Positions 1-10,901 of a DNA stretch of 64,000 nucleotides are shown here, piece by piece (the first letter of the stretch is position 1; each line of letters starts with the position of its first letter). Made by a program: the position numbers and the translations under genes. The notes beneath the pieces are model-generated. The model made no database searches and had not been told where the DNA came from. It was given only the letters and a program-made list of their open reading frames with translations. The stretch comes from Escherichia coli O157:H7 (GTDB lineage Bacteria > Pseudomonadota > Gammaproteobacteria > Enterobacterales > Enterobacteriaceae), in NCBI GenBank assembly GCA_013403045.1, contig GCA_013403045.1_3037.1. One strand, written 5' to 3'.

Positions 1-666
1 TTTAAAAATGGTGATCGATTGCCAAAAGGTATTACTTTATATCGTTCACAGCGAATGTTACCTTCAATATATGAAGCATTGGTAAAAAATCGAGTTTTTT
101 ATTTTAGAAATTTTGTATCAACATCATTATATCCAAACATTTTTGGTACTTGGATGACTGATTCAGCTGTTGGTGTTTTACCAGATGAAAAGCGTCTAAA
201 CATTTCTATCGATAAAAATGATGAAGGGCTTGTTAATTCTAGCGATAATTTAGTCGGAATTGGATGGGTTATTACTGGGGCTGATAAAGTCAATGTTGTT
301 TTACCCGGTGGAAGTTTAGCGCCTTCAAATGAAATGGAAGTTATTTTGCCACGTGGATTAATGGTCAAAGTTAATAAAATAACTGATGCATCTTACAATG
401 ATGGAACAGTTAAAACTAACAACAAGCTTATTCAAGCTGAAGTTATGACCACGGAAGAGCTCACCGAATCGGTAATCTATGACGGAGACCATTTAATGGA
501 AACTGGTGAATTGGTTGCAATGACAGGTGATATTGAAGTAGAAGACAGAGTTGACTTTGCATCATTTGTTTCATCAAACGTTAAACAGAAAGTAGAATCA
601 TCTCTTGGAATTATTGCGTCTTGCATAGATATTACAAACATGCCTTACAAGTTCGTTCAAGGATAA
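1..666 (+). CDS. Alt-like ADP-ribosyltransferase paralog, C-terminal part (5' end lies upstream of window)
   Basis: Frame is open from nt 1. Translation aligns with the C-terminal region of the downstream Alt (YR[SG]Q, FYF[RK]NFVSTSL, EVILPRG, DGDHLMETGE). Confidence 0.7.
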   Translation, partial: FKNGDRLPKGITLYRSQRMLPSIYEALVKNRVFYFRNFVSTSLYPNIFGTWMTDSAVGVLPDEKRLNISIDKNDEGLVNSSDNLVGIGWVITGADKVNVVLPGGSLAPSNEMEVILPRGLMVKVNKITDASYNDGTVKTNNKLIQAEVMTTEELTESVIYDGDHLMETGELVAMTGDIEVEDRVDFASFVSSNVKQKVESSLGIIASCIDITNMPYKFVQG

Positions 667-669
667 ATC

Positions 670-2727
670 ATGGAACTTATTACAGAATTATTTGACGGCG
701 CTTCGGCGCCGGTTGTTAACTTAAATCCTAAGCATAAAATACCACAAATTTTTGCTATCCAAGCCGGCGAAGAAAGCGTGCTTCCTGGATTTAGATTTTG
801 TACATACACCTCTGGTGGTGATACAAATAAAAATGTTAAGCCAGGCGATAAAATGATGCATATCGTAATGATAGGTGTCAACGAGAAATTATCGCTGGTT
901 AAGCTTAGAAACTTGGGTGGAAATCCAATTGGCGTCATTAATGCCGTTTTTGATACTGCTCTTCAAACAATGAAACAGTATAAAATTGACGCATGCCTAT
1001 TCCGCGTACTAAAAAGTAAAACAAATGGCGCTGCTCGTCAAATGCAAGTTATTGCTGACCGTTTAGTACGTACTAAAGGAGCAGGTCGATATGTTCTTTT
1101 AAAGGAAATCTGGGATTATGATAAAAAGTATGCATATATTATGGTTTACCGTAAAAATGCCAATTTAGAAGACATTCCAGGTGTACCTCCTATTTCAACT
1201 GAGTTATTCACAAAAGTTGAATCAAAGGTTGGTGATGTTTATGTAGACGTTAAAACAGGTAATGCTGTTCCTAAAGCTGTCGCTGTTGCTGCTTCTATTG
1301 CTTTAGAAAATGATAAGCGCACGGACCAAGCTGTTATTCAGAAAACTAAAATTAGTCGTCGATTAGCAGCACAAGCTCAATATTCTACTGTTGATGCTTC
1401 ACTTCAGGGTGATAGCTTCGCTGCTAAGAAATATCAAGAGTTTGAATCTAAAGTTCCGGTATATAAAGCAGAAGGACCAATGAACTCTGGCGTTATTCAG
1501 ATTGGTTCAAACTTCAGCAAAGGAGCTATCGGTGGTATGAGGAGTGCTTCTCGTTTTAAATCTAGCGATTATGAACTAGAAAGTTTCCGAAATCATATTG
1601 CATTAGCCCATGCGCGTTTACGCGATCCATCTATCAAGTTGCAGAGCGATACATCATATCAAGGTTCCCAGGAATATTTAAAGAATAAAGACTTCTTTAA
1701 TTACAAAACTGATAAAATTTTAAGCGATCTTGCTGATATTAATATTTCTAATAGTTTTGATGTTATTAAGAAAATTATCAATGATTTAGTTAAAGGTTCT
1801 AAAGCTACACCAGATGAAAAGACAGCTATTATTCAATTTGTAATGAATGGAATTTATAAATTAATTGATGAATCCGCTGCTCAGGCGTATGAATATGCAA
1901 GCACTGAAGTAACTCCAAAAGGATTGACTCAGGCTGAGTCTGATGTAATTGAAGATTATTGCGCAGATTCGTATGTTGAAATGAACTCATTCCTTTTAGG
2001 TAAACCTGATTCTACACGTGAAGAATATATGGAACGAGCTATTAAACATATTGAGACGCTGGATTCTGCATTCGCTAAAGGTTCAGTTCTTCCTCCAGGA
2101 ACTACACTTTACCGTGGACAAGAAGTTACTTTTAAAACTTTGCGTCATAACATTGAAAATAAAATGTTCTATTTCAAGAACTTCGTATCGACATCACTTA
2201 AACCAAATATCTTTGGTGAGTATGGTAAAAATTATATGGCCTTAGATAATTCCGGAGCAGTATTTTCTGGTGAAGGAGAAGGTTCCGTTGATGCAGAAGA
2301 TTTGATGCATATGGGTAGTCATTCTACATATGCTAATGAAGATGCTGAAACTAGCGTGGGTATGGTAATTAAAGGAGCTGAACGAGTTAAAGTTATCGTT
2401 CCAGGTCATTTATCAGGATTTCCATCAGAAGCTGAAGTTATTCTACCACGTGGAATTTTACTGAAGATTAATAAAGTAAGTACTTACTTTATGAAAGAAA
2501 CTGCTTATAACAAGTATCTAATCGAAGGTACAATCGTTCCTCCTTCTGAACAATTAGAAGAATCAGTATATGATGGCGACCATCTAATGGAAACTGGTGA
2601 AGTTCGTCCAATGGCTGGATTTAATCAATTCCTTGTAGAAGAATCAAAAGAAGAGGAAAACGAAGTTTCTCAAATCTTAGCTTCTTTGGTTAACATCAAC
2701 GGAATGTCTAAAAAGTTCAAAATGTAG
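670..2727 (+). CDS. alt: Alt, packaged RNA polymerase ADP-ribosyltransferase
   Basis: 685 aa, close to T4 Alt length as recalled. N-terminus MELITE resembles a gp21 cleavage site. R / STS / ExE-type ART motifs in the C-terminal domain. AAGGA ribosome-binding site upstream. Confidence 0.9.
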   Translation: MELITELFDGASAPVVNLNPKHKIPQIFAIQAGEESVLPGFRFCTYTSGGDTNKNVKPGDKMMHIVMIGVNEKLSLVKLRNLGGNPIGVINAVFDTALQTMKQYKIDACLFRVLKSKTNGAARQMQVIADRLVRTKGAGRYVLLKEIWDYDKKYAYIMVYRKNANLEDIPGVPPISTELFTKVESKVGDVYVDVKTGNAVPKAVAVAASIALENDKRTDQAVIQKTKISRRLAAQAQYSTVDASLQGDSFAAKKYQEFESKVPVYKAEGPMNSGVIQIGSNFSKGAIGGMRSASRFKSSDYELESFRNHIALAHARLRDPSIKLQSDTSYQGSQEYLKNKDFFNYKTDKILSDLADINISNSFDVIKKIINDLVKGSKATPDEKTAIIQFVMNGIYKLIDESAAQAYEYASTEVTPKGLTQAESDVIEDYCADSYVEMNSFLLGKPDSTREEYMERAIKHIETLDSAFAKGSVLPPGTTLYRGQEVTFKTLRHNIENKMFYFKNFVSTSLKPNIFGEYGKNYMALDNSGAVFSGEGEGSVDAEDLMHMGSHSTYANEDAETSVGMVIKGAERVKVIVPGHLSGFPSEAEVILPRGILLKINKVSTYFMKETAYNKYLIEGTIVPPSEQLEESVYDGDHLMETGEVRPMAGFNQFLVEESKEEENEVSQILASLVNINGMSKKFKM

Positions 2728-2756
2728 TTTACAAGTCCCTCGTGTTGTGTTATAGT
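2727..2756 (+). promoter_or_regulatory. early (sigma70-type) promoter: GTTTACA, 17-nt spacer, TATAGT
   Basis: Motif read directly from sequence upstream of ORF 2788. Confidence 0.55.
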
Positions 2757-2787
2757 AGTCTTACTGACATAACATGAGGAACACAAA

Positions 2788-3078
2788 ATGAAATCTTCTT
2801 TGCGCTTTTTAGGTCAAGAACTCGTCGTTGAAGGCGTTATTCCCGCTGATAACGCTTTCAATGAAGCAGTTTACGGTGAATTTATCAAAATTTTTGGAAC
2901 AGATAAAAAGTTCGGAATTTTTCCTTCTGAAAATTTTTCAAAGCCAGAACAGACTGAAAGTATTTTCCAAGGTGTAGTAACAGGTAAATTTGAGTCAGAA
3001 GCTCCGGTAAAAATTGAGGTTTATATTGAAGAAACCTCTGTTGCTTCAGTTTCTGCTTTTATTTCATTCCGTAAATAA
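2788..3078 (+). CDS. hypothetical early protein
   Basis: 96-aa ORF preceded by an early-type promoter and GAGGAA ribosome-binding site. Confidence 0.55.
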   Translation: MKSSLRFLGQELVVEGVIPADNAFNEAVYGEFIKIFGTDKKFGIFPSENFSKPEQTESIFQGVVTGKFESEAPVKIEVYIEETSVASVSAFISFRK

Positions 3079-3084
3079 AAATAT

Positions 3085-3102
3085 GGGGACCGAAAGGTCC
3101 CC
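3085..3102. terminator. bidirectional hairpin terminator (GGGGACC-GAAA-GGTCCCC) between convergent ORF 2788 and gene 54
   Basis: Perfect 7-bp GC-rich stem with GAAA loop, flanked by T-rich runs on both strands. Confidence 0.65.
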
Positions 3103-3106
3103 ATTG

Positions 3107-4072
3107 TTATATTGCTCCTAATATTTTACTTTGCGAATTGACAATTCCTGTCATAGTATTAATATTTGAAATGCTTCCTGCAGTTCCCCCTAATCTACTA
3201 AGTCGTGAAAGCGAATTAGATAGTCCAGTAACACCTCCACTATTTCCGAGAACGCTTTGAATACCATTTATAGTAGCAGATTCAAGCCATTCAAGGGCAG
3301 CTTGTCTATCAACTGCTCCAGCCTGCATGACTCTATAAGCGAAAGTAACATCAAATGTAGTTATTTGGTTATCTCCATCATATGATAACTCAGGAGCACT
3401 CACAGATATTGGAATACAGCCAGTGAACATCACCGCAGTATGTGGTAATCCATTGCGAGAATGAAGATTGACCTGAATATCTGCCTCGACATCTTGCGGT
3501 AAAGCACGCAATCCAGTTACTGGGTCTTGAACAGCGTTAACCCAGTCTTGCATTGCACGATAGTTACAAGCTTCTGAATCCATTCTAAATGAAATAACCA
3601 AAGGGTCTAATTCTCTTCCAGTTATACGAATATTAGGAGAATTATAGTTCCAGTCAGTTTCATAGGATAATCTATTCTCTGGCATTTTTACAGAATATAT
3701 CATCAATCCAGATGAGTTATATGCCATGTTAAAGAAGTCAATTAAATATGTACCAACTGTAAATGAGCCTAATAAACTTTGAACTGTACGTTGACTCATG
3801 GCACCAATAAGATATTTACTAACCCCTGATTTTCTTATCAGTTTTTGTGTGCCAGCGGTAATTAGCGTAGTAATTCCCTGATTAATATCACCTTGAGTTA
3901 ATCCCAACCAATCTGAATTTAGACCCAAGTTATTATAAGCAAAGTTACTAATTGAGCTTATTAACGATGAGCTTTTAGTTGATGGAGTTGTAGCAAAAAC
4001 ACAGCTGAACATATTATTACGTTGGAAGTCTGCGTTTATTGCTTGATTATTAAATTCCTCTAAAGAATACAT
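3107..4072 (-). CDS. 54: baseplate tail tube initiator gp54
   Basis: 321 aa; position between alt and 48; length matches T4 gp54 as recalled. Confidence 0.9.
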   Translation of the reverse strand: MYSLEEFNNQAINADFQRNNMFSCVFATTPSTKSSSLISSISNFAYNNLGLNSDWLGLTQGDINQGITTLITAGTQKLIRKSGVSKYLIGAMSQRTVQSLLGSFTVGTYLIDFFNMAYNSSGLMIYSVKMPENRLSYETDWNYNSPNIRITGRELDPLVISFRMDSEACNYRAMQDWVNAVQDPVTGLRALPQDVEADIQVNLHSRNGLPHTAVMFTGCIPISVSAPELSYDGDNQITTFDVTFAYRVMQAGAVDRQAALEWLESATINGIQSVLGNSGGVTGLSNSLSRLSRLGGTAGSISNINTMTGIVNSQSKILGAI

Positions 4073-5166
4073 TAGAAAGTCCCCGTATATAAAGAAGCAC
4101 GGTTTAACGTAATAATCTCTCTCATAGTAATCTCGAGTGTAAAAGAACTTGGAAGGTTAGGAGCAATAGCTAATCCATTAAAGTTACCATTTGGTGTTTT
4201 ATCAAATCTAATACTCTGTATTTGGCATGGACCGAATACTTCAGTCTTTCCATCAAATTTAGAAGTTGCACCAAAGTTTTTCACCATCCAAATTGTCGGG
4301 TTTGAAACTACAAGAACGTTCGTTAAACTCGATGTCATTTTTTCAAATAACGTCTTGTTTTTAATCGCGTCTTCTGGCGTTAATGGTTCAATAAATGTAG
4401 AACGATACCACTCATCTAAATATCCTTTTATTTCAGCAGCATATTGAGATTTACCAGTTTCACCGTAAGAAAAATAGTTAAAATACTGATAGATATTAAT
4501 AATAGCCATTAAATCTTCTGTTGAGCGCGGAGTCAAATCCCAGGTGAACACTTTTGTTCTATTTTCAGCACCGCCATACATACTTCTAGCTGTTGTATAG
4601 ATCTGTTCATTATTATCAGCCATTATTCCTTGTGTTATACTTTCAAGCGCACCAAATACTGCAGTTGAAGCCATATTACTTAGCACACCAGTAGCAGTAC
4701 CTCCGCCTTTTGTAATAAGACTATCTTGAACATCATTAAATCTATGTGATGACGTATCGACGTCAGATTTAGATCTAGGTAAAAGAATATTTGCAACAGG
4801 AACTTTACTTATTGTTCCTGAATTATTATCTGATATTAGTCCATTTGATAGTTTTGATACTGTATTACTGATAGTGTTTCTGGCTGTACGTAAAATACTC
4901 GAAGATGAAGAAGAGTAGTTAGATCTCATCGTTCTAAGACTTCCAGAATCCCTAGATGACATATTGTATGCAGTAAATAATAATCCATTCTTATATAGAT
5001 CTGTTACCTGGAAGTCCCCTGTAGTGTCATTACCACTAGCACGCCCAGTTGGAAACTGGGCTGTGTATGTTTTAGTTCCTACTTCTGATTTAGTACTCTG
5101 TCCGGCTGAAATTGTTTCACCGGACTTTTTAATTAAATCAGCAGTTATTTCTTTAACAATTGCCAT
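4072..5166 (-). CDS. 48: baseplate tail tube cap gp48
   Basis: 364 aa; synteny and length match T4 gp48. Confidence 0.9.
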   Translation of the reverse strand: MAIVKEITADLIKKSGETISAGQSTKSEVGTKTYTAQFPTGRASGNDTTGDFQVTDLYKNGLLFTAYNMSSRDSGSLRTMRSNYSSSSSSILRTARNTISNTVSKLSNGLISDNNSGTISKVPVANILLPRSKSDVDTSSHRFNDVQDSLITKGGGTATGVLSNMASTAVFGALESITQGIMADNNEQIYTTARSMYGGAENRTKVFTWDLTPRSTEDLMAIINIYQYFNYFSYGETGKSQYAAEIKGYLDEWYRSTFIEPLTPEDAIKNKTLFEKMTSSLTNVLVVSNPTIWMVKNFGATSKFDGKTEVFGPCQIQSIRFDKTPNGNFNGLAIAPNLPSSFTLEITMREIITLNRASLYTGTF

Positions 5167-5174
5167 ATTATTCC

Positions 5175-6947
5175 TTAATTAACTCCCGTCGCACCAAATA
5201 CACCAGGAGCAGTTGTGCTTGTGACAGGTGTCATATTATGAACGACAGTATTTTTCTTAATAACATTATTAGTATTATTGATTGAAGGAGATGCTTGTTG
5301 AACAGGAGCTTGTTGTGCTTTGTTCTTTTCAATCACCTGGACCTGTTTTGCTTCTGGTGATTTAGCAGAAGTTTCAGGTTTTGCTTCAGGTTGATTTTTC
5401 TTGAGCTCTTGATAAGTGGCATCAATTTTAGCAAATCTAGAAGCAAGTTCTTTTTTAACTGCTGGTGAATTATTTAAATCCGGATCATTCATTCGTTTTT
5501 TAAGGTCTTCATGAGCAGCTTCAATTGATTTAACTGTCGAGTCTTTGCTCATATCAGCTGAATCAGCGTATTTTTCAAAACGAATCATCGCAGCACGAGC
5601 TTCATTAGCTTTCATTAAAGCATTTTTTCTTTCTTCCGGTGAAAGTTGTTTTAATTTTTCTTCTTCTGCTGCACGTTCTTCGTCAGTAGTCAATGCTTCT
5701 TTATTATCTACACCACGAATCCAGTTAGATGCACGAGTTTTCCAGTTCGCAATTTTGTCTAATCCTTTTGCTATTGGGCCAAGATCATCATTCATTCGTT
5801 TATCTTGATAATTTGCTACTTTTTCTTGGTCTTCTTTATTAAGAGATGCTCCAGTAGAATTTTGGAAATTTTCTAATGCTCTTCCTTCTACTTCATCAGC
5901 AGTATCCTTCATGCCAGGAATGACTCGAAGAATTGCTGCAGATAATTTAGCCATACCTAATTGAATAAGCTCTCCTAAATTATAAAGAACACTTCCAAGC
6001 CCTTCAACAATAGCTACTGTTAATCCGCCCCAATCTCCAGCTTCCCAGAACTTTTTAATTTCATCAATAGAATCAAAGATGCTCTGTAATAAAGGACCCC
6101 ATGTTCCGGTTTCGCTAGAGAATTTAGTAAAATCAGTGCTAAATAAATCCCAGGCTTTTGAAAATTTATCTGACCAGTATTTAAAATGAACCATCAGCAG
6201 GTCTATTCCAATAACAACAGCCATTATCAATGCAACCATTTTAGCAGCTTCAATAGCAGCACTGACGGTATACTTAAATAGCATACTAGATATTTTATCA
6301 GTAATTGAAATAGATTTCTTAAATCCGAAATCAACTGTCTTTGTTAATTTATCTAAAGCTTGAGATAATTTTAAGTTAAATGCGTCTCTTTTTTGCTTCT
6401 CTTCTGGAGACTCTTGTTTTGGTTCAATTGGCTGAGGAGTAGGGAAAAAATCAGCATCAGGATCATTATTAACTGCTTCAGGAGCCGGTAATAAAGGACC
6501 CACAGATTCAGCTGTATCATCCTCGACGACTTTAACAGGAATAGCATTTTCGACTACTGCTAAACTCGTTCCAGTTTGCTGAATTCCAGCTGTCTGAATT
6601 TTTTGTTCCAGTAAACTTGTTAATTTATCTAATTTGCTTCCGAGCGATTCACCGATTTCTTTATTAATATTGTTTCCAATTTCAACAGTTTCAGCAATTA
6701 ACTCAGAACCGGCAGTAGTATCACTTACTGCGCTTTCAACGTTATCAATTGCTCCAACTATTTCATTTGATTTTTCTTCAACAGTCTGAGCTATTAATTC
6801 AGAAGCAGCTTGAGCATCATCTAATTTTGTAGAAATGTCATTAAGACCAGATAAAGTATTAGAAGCGGATTTAGCCGCTTCCTGTGTTGGTTTATTATCT
6901 GAAATAACTTTTCTACGCATCGTTTGCATTTCTTGTGGCTTTTTCAT
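5175..6947 (-). CDS. 29: tail tape measure / baseplate hub protein gp29
   Basis: 590 aa; synteny and length match T4 gp29. Confidence 0.9.
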   Translation of the reverse strand: MKKPQEMQTMRRKVISDNKPTQEAAKSASNTLSGLNDISTKLDDAQAASELIAQTVEEKSNEIVGAIDNVESAVSDTTAGSELIAETVEIGNNINKEIGESLGSKLDKLTSLLEQKIQTAGIQQTGTSLAVVENAIPVKVVEDDTAESVGPLLPAPEAVNNDPDADFFPTPQPIEPKQESPEEKQKRDAFNLKLSQALDKLTKTVDFGFKKSISITDKISSMLFKYTVSAAIEAAKMVALIMAVVIGIDLLMVHFKYWSDKFSKAWDLFSTDFTKFSSETGTWGPLLQSIFDSIDEIKKFWEAGDWGGLTVAIVEGLGSVLYNLGELIQLGMAKLSAAILRVIPGMKDTADEVEGRALENFQNSTGASLNKEDQEKVANYQDKRMNDDLGPIAKGLDKIANWKTRASNWIRGVDNKEALTTDEERAAEEEKLKQLSPEERKNALMKANEARAAMIRFEKYADSADMSKDSTVKSIEAAHEDLKKRMNDPDLNNSPAVKKELASRFAKIDATYQELKKNQPEAKPETSAKSPEAKQVQVIEKNKAQQAPVQQASPSINNTNNVIKKNTVVHNMTPVTSTTAPGVFGATGVN

Positions 6948-7477
6948 TCAAATAATCCAATAATATTGCCAATTCCGGTTATTGGACCATTAGGGCCAGG
7001 AATTGCTAAAGTTGTAGAAATATCATTTGCCCATTTTAAAACAAATGCTGGCATCTCAAGAAAATTAATTTCTTTAACTTCATCATTGACCTTAAGCAAG
7101 CATTTGGATAACATATCGCTTACAGTTAAAAATTGTTCAAATTTTCCAGGAGGTCTAAAATAAAATGTATTTCCTTGGTATTGAAATTCCAATCTTTGGC
7201 ATACATAAACGTCATTAATATCATAAGTATAACCATCTATTTCTTTACGAGATTTAATCTTTCCATTAAATTCTAGCAAATGAATAGAAACGAAATCAAC
7301 TTCTGCCGGTGATAAATTTGGACAAATAGAATCAATAAGAAGCTTTAAATTTTCATCAGGACCTTTAACATCTTTTAAAATGTTATAATGTTTAAGACCC
7401 ATCTTAGGAATAGAAACCTCTTTATTACTTATCGGAAGAACTACTTTCTTCAGTGGTAGTATCAGTTTTAAATTCAT
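6944..7477 (-). CDS. 28: baseplate hub distal subunit gp28
   Basis: ORF extends to 7519; internal Met at 7477 gives 177 aa, matching T4 gp28 length as recalled. Overlaps the 3' end of gene 27. Confidence 0.8.
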   Translation of the reverse strand: MNLKLILPLKKVVLPISNKEVSIPKMGLKHYNILKDVKGPDENLKLLIDSICPNLSPAEVDFVSIHLLEFNGKIKSRKEIDGYTYDINDVYVCQRLEFQYQGNTFYFRPPGKFEQFLTVSDMLSKCLLKVNDEVKEINFLEMPAFVLKWANDISTTLAIPGPNGPITGIGNIIGLFE

Positions 7478-8597
7478 TTTTAACCTTAACTGGGTCGATT
7501 GTTTCCAGTTTCGTTGCATTAGTGAACATATAAAGATGAGTTACGGAATTATTATTTGATAATTCGTGAATAACTTCATCAACGTAAAATTCTGTTTTAA
7601 ATTGGTTTTTACTATCATTAAAAATAATTTTAACGCCAGGAGTCAAGTTAAAATTACCGACAGTAGAACATTTAGCGTAACCATCATACTGCGCCATAGT
7701 CTGAAGACGAATAGCTTCTTCATATCCATTTCTATAAGTCATTTCAGAATAAGCACCTGACCTTGACACTACAATAGAGTTTTCACCCTTTCCTGTAGTA
7801 ATCATTGGTAATGAAGAATCTAAAAATGAATGAGCATAGATAGTAGCATTTTTCATTGGATCGCGTTTATGCGGGTTTGATTTAGTCAACCAAACAAAAT
7901 CATATGCTAATGGATATTTCAATTCTTGGACGAATTGACCTATTAAAGTTGGCTCACCTACAATCATTGGATATGGTTCTTGATTTATCATCATATCATA
8001 GTCCATCATGTTAACTCCCATGATGTCTTGCCATACAAATACGAACTTATCGCTTCCTACCGCTAGAGCAACTTCTCTTACATATGACAAATAGTTTTCA
8101 AATGTGCTAGTCCATGGAATATCAGGAACATAAGCATTAATAGCATTTATCGCTGGAGTTAATAATGTACGATCTTGATAAATTACGCCAAGCATTTCCT
8201 TTATAGATTCACCGGCATCAGGGAAAAATGGTCTACCAAATTTAAGATTTTCTATAGAATGAATAGTTCCTAATTCAATAGCAATGATGTTATCGCCTTT
8301 TGAATCTACTGACACGGAAAAATGCTTGCATCCATAAATTCGGGTTTTAACATTATTAATATCGTTTGCATTAGCTACAGAAATCTGAATTATTTCATTT
8401 CCATCCATTTTTGTATGAATGTTTTTAGAATCATAAAATTGTAGCATTCCTTCATTTCGACCATAAAGAGAGTCACGCATAGTTAATGTGGTAATAGTAG
8501 CAGCTAATTCAACAAATCTATTATTACTCCAAGCGTCATAACTCTCAAATAATTTAACGCTGAGATTTGGATATCCAGGACGTTGTAACATACTCAT
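7425..8597 (-). CDS. 27: baseplate hub subunit gp27
   Basis: 390 aa; synteny and length match T4 gp27. Confidence 0.9.
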   Translation of the reverse strand: MSMLQRPGYPNLSVKLFESYDAWSNNRFVELAATITTLTMRDSLYGRNEGMLQFYDSKNIHTKMDGNEIIQISVANANDINNVKTRIYGCKHFSVSVDSKGDNIIAIELGTIHSIENLKFGRPFFPDAGESIKEMLGVIYQDRTLLTPAINAINAYVPDIPWTSTFENYLSYVREVALAVGSDKFVFVWQDIMGVNMMDYDMMINQEPYPMIVGEPTLIGQFVQELKYPLAYDFVWLTKSNPHKRDPMKNATIYAHSFLDSSLPMITTGKGENSIVVSRSGAYSEMTYRNGYEEAIRLQTMAQYDGYAKCSTVGNFNLTPGVKIIFNDSKNQFKTEFYVDEVIHELSNNNSVTHLYMFTNATKLETIDPVKVKNEFKTDTTTEESSSSDK

Positions 8598-9346
8598 TGA
8601 TGTTTATCCTTCTCAATCAGTTTTAATACGAATCCGCGCTCGGCAGGAATCATTTTCATTATTGAATTTAAGCTATAATTACTTTTTACAAGCGTGTGAT
8701 TAATTTGATAAAAAGTAAATATCTCATCTGGATTAACTAATAGCTTAAACACATCTACTATATCAGTGTATTTTTTAATGTACTTATCACAACACGACAT
8801 GTGCAATGTTAAATTAATAGGATTCATTGCATCGAGAATTTTTTCTAATGTTTCTATCTCGATGGCGTCAACAAGTTCTATTTGACTTGATTCACTAATT
8901 TCCTTCCAATCATACCACATTTCATCGACTTGAACAGAATGAATATTTTCAGTAATCATCTTTGCTTTATTTTCATAAAACTCAGAAGGAAAATTTAATT
9001 TAATTTTAACATTAGCTACATCAAAAATAGGTTCCTTTAATTCTTTTTGATATATTTCAAATGGAACTGTCTTTTCTTTTTTACATTTTGGACATACAAA
9101 TGTGACTGGTACTTTAGTTTTACCTATTGACCCTACAAATACCTGCAAAAATATAAATGGTTGCCAAGTCTTTGGATAGTCTCCAAAATAATCAGCAATT
9201 AAATCAGCAATTACTTCTTTTTGTTCTTGTGGTGACCGATGTTCTATATCGTTTCGAACTAACAAAAAATCTCGATAATCTTCTACCGTAAATGGTTTAA
9301 AACGATGAACACCATCAGGTAATTTACAACGAATAATGTTTGCCAT
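8594..9346 (-). CDS. 51: baseplate hub assembly catalyst gp51
   Basis: 250 aa; synteny; late promoter motif immediately upstream. Confidence 0.85.
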   Translation of the reverse strand: MANIIRCKLPDGVHRFKPFTVEDYRDFLLVRNDIEHRSPQEQKEVIADLIADYFGDYPKTWQPFIFLQVFVGSIGKTKVPVTFVCPKCKKEKTVPFEIYQKELKEPIFDVANVKIKLNFPSEFYENKAKMITENIHSVQVDEMWYDWKEISESSQIELVDAIEIETLEKILDAMNPINLTLHMSCCDKYIKKYTDIVDVFKLLVNPDEIFTFYQINHTLVKSNYSLNSIMKMIPAERGFVLKLIEKDKHQ

Positions 9347-9363
9347 AGATGCTCCTTTTATTC

Positions 9364-9375
9364 TATTTATAAATA
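9364..9375. promoter_or_regulatory. overlapping divergent late promoters (TATAAATA on both strands) for genes 51 and 26
   Basis: TATTTATAAATA: the minus-strand TATAAATA faces gene 51, the plus-strand TATAAATA faces gene 26. Confidence 0.65.
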
Positions 9376-9396
9376 TGATAAATAAAGGAGCTAAAT

Positions 9397-10023
9397 ATGT
9401 ATGAATACAAATTTGACGTGAGAGTTGGTTCTAAAATAATCAACTGTCGCGCATTTACTCTTAAAGAATATCTAGAACTTATTACTGCCAAAAATAATGG
9501 TTCCGTAGAAGTAATTGTTAAAAAGCTAATCAAAGACTGCACAAATGCAAAAGATTTAAACCGCCAAGAATCAGAACTATTACTGATTCATTTATGGGCG
9601 CATTCTCTTGGAGAAGTTAATCACGAAAACTCCTGGAAGTGCACCTGTGGAACTGAAATACCAACCCATATAAATCTATTACATACACAAATAGATGCAC
9701 CAGAAGACCTCTGGTATACACTGGGTGACATTAAAATTAAATTCCATTACCCTAAAATTTTTGATGATAAAAATATAGCCCACATGATAGTATCATGTAT
9801 AGAAACGATTCATGCTAACGGTGAAAGCATTCCAGTTGAAGACTTAAATGAAAAAGAATTGGAAGATTTATATTCTATCATCACAGAGTCAGATATTGTA
9901 GCTATAAAAGATATGCTTTTAAAGCCTACTGTTTATTTGGCTGTTCCAATTAAGTGCCCAGAGTGTGGAAAAACCCACGCTCATGTAATAAGAGGACTCA
10001 AAGAATTCTTTGAGCTATTGTAA
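9397..10023 (+). CDS. 26: baseplate hub subunit gp26
   Basis: 208 aa; divergent from gene 51 as in T4. Confidence 0.85.
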   Translation: MYEYKFDVRVGSKIINCRAFTLKEYLELITAKNNGSVEVIVKKLIKDCTNAKDLNRQESELLLIHLWAHSLGEVNHENSWKCTCGTEIPTHINLLHTQIDAPEDLWYTLGDIKIKFHYPKIFDDKNIAHMIVSCIETIHANGESIPVEDLNEKELEDLYSIITESDIVAIKDMLLKPTVYLAVPIKCPECGKTHAHVIRGLKEFFELL

Positions 10024-10421
10024 TGGCAAATATTAATAAGCTTTATTCTGATATTGACCCAGAGATGAAAATGGATTGGAACAAAGACGTTTCAAGATCA
10101 CTTGGATTAAGGTCAATTAAAAATAGTCTTTTAGGAATTATTACAACAAGAAAAGGTTCAAGACCGTTTGACCCTGAATTTGGATGCGATTTATCTGACC
10201 AACTTTTTGAGAATATGACTCCTCTTACTGCTGACACGGTTGAGCGTAATATCGAAAGCGCAGTAAGAAACTATGAGCCACGTATTGATAAATTAGCAGT
10301 TAATGTAATACCGGTTTATGATGATTATACTTTGATAGTAGAAATACGCTTTTCAGTCATCGATAACCCTGATGATATTGAGCAGATAAAACTACAACTG
10401 GCTTCCAGTAATAGAGTATAA
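10023..10421 (+). CDS. 25: baseplate wedge protein gp25
   Basis: 132 aa; synteny and length match T4 gp25. Confidence 0.9.
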   Translation: MANINKLYSDIDPEMKMDWNKDVSRSLGLRSIKNSLLGIITTRKGSRPFDPEFGCDLSDQLFENMTPLTADTVERNIESAVRNYEPRIDKLAVNVIPVYDDYTLIVEIRFSVIDNPDDIEQIKLQLASSNRV

Positions 10422-10447
10422 TGCTTCACGTATAAACGTGGTATAAT
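10422..10447 (+). promoter_or_regulatory. middle promoter (MotA box TGCTTCA plus TATAAT) upstream of uvsY
   Basis: aaTGCTTCA followed 13 nt later by TATAAT, about 40 nt before the uvsY start. Confidence 0.6.
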
Positions 10448-10487
10448 GAATCTAAGTCCATCCAATAACAATTGAATAGAGAACAAT

Positions 10488-10901
10488 ATGAGATTAGAAG
10501 ATCTTCAAGAAGAATTGAAGAAAGATGTGTTTATAGATTCGACTAAATTACAGTATGAAGCAGCTAATAATGTGATGTTATATAGTAAATGGCTTAATAA
10601 GCATTCAAGTATTAAAAAGGAAATGCTTAGAATTGAAGCACAGAAAAAAGTTGCTCTTAAAGCTAAATTAGACTACTACTCGGGACGAGGAGATGGTGAT
10701 GAATTTAGTATGGATCGTTACGAGAAATCAGAAATGAAAACAGTTCTATCAGCTGATAAGGATGTTTTAAAGGTTGATACTTCATTACAATATTGGGGAA
10801 TTTTATTAGATTTCTGTAGCGGAGCTCTTGATGCTATCAAATCACGAGGATTTGCTATTAAGCATATTCAAGACATGCGGGCATTTGAGGCTGGAAAATA
10901 A
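10488..10901 (+). CDS. uvsY: recombination mediator UvsY
   Basis: 137 aa; synteny; MotA-type middle promoter upstream. Confidence 0.9.
   Translation: MRLEDLQEELKKDVFIDSTKLQYEAANNVMLYSKWLNKHSSIKKEMLRIEAQKKVALKAKLDYYSGRGDGDEFSMDRYEKSEMKTVLSADKDVLKVDTSLQYWGILLDFCSGALDAIKSRGFAIKHIQDMRAFEAGK

Noticed and set aside
5545-5808. Plus-strand ORFs lying inside minus-strand structural genes (e.g. 2018-2245, 4964-5182, 5545-5808, 12434-12691, 19982-20386, 20895-21239, 22525-22779, 34146-34337, 45634-45834)
   Set aside because: They are antisense to long, well-supported T4 structural genes, have no ribosome-binding sites, and are low-complexity translations; typical spurious six-frame ORFs.
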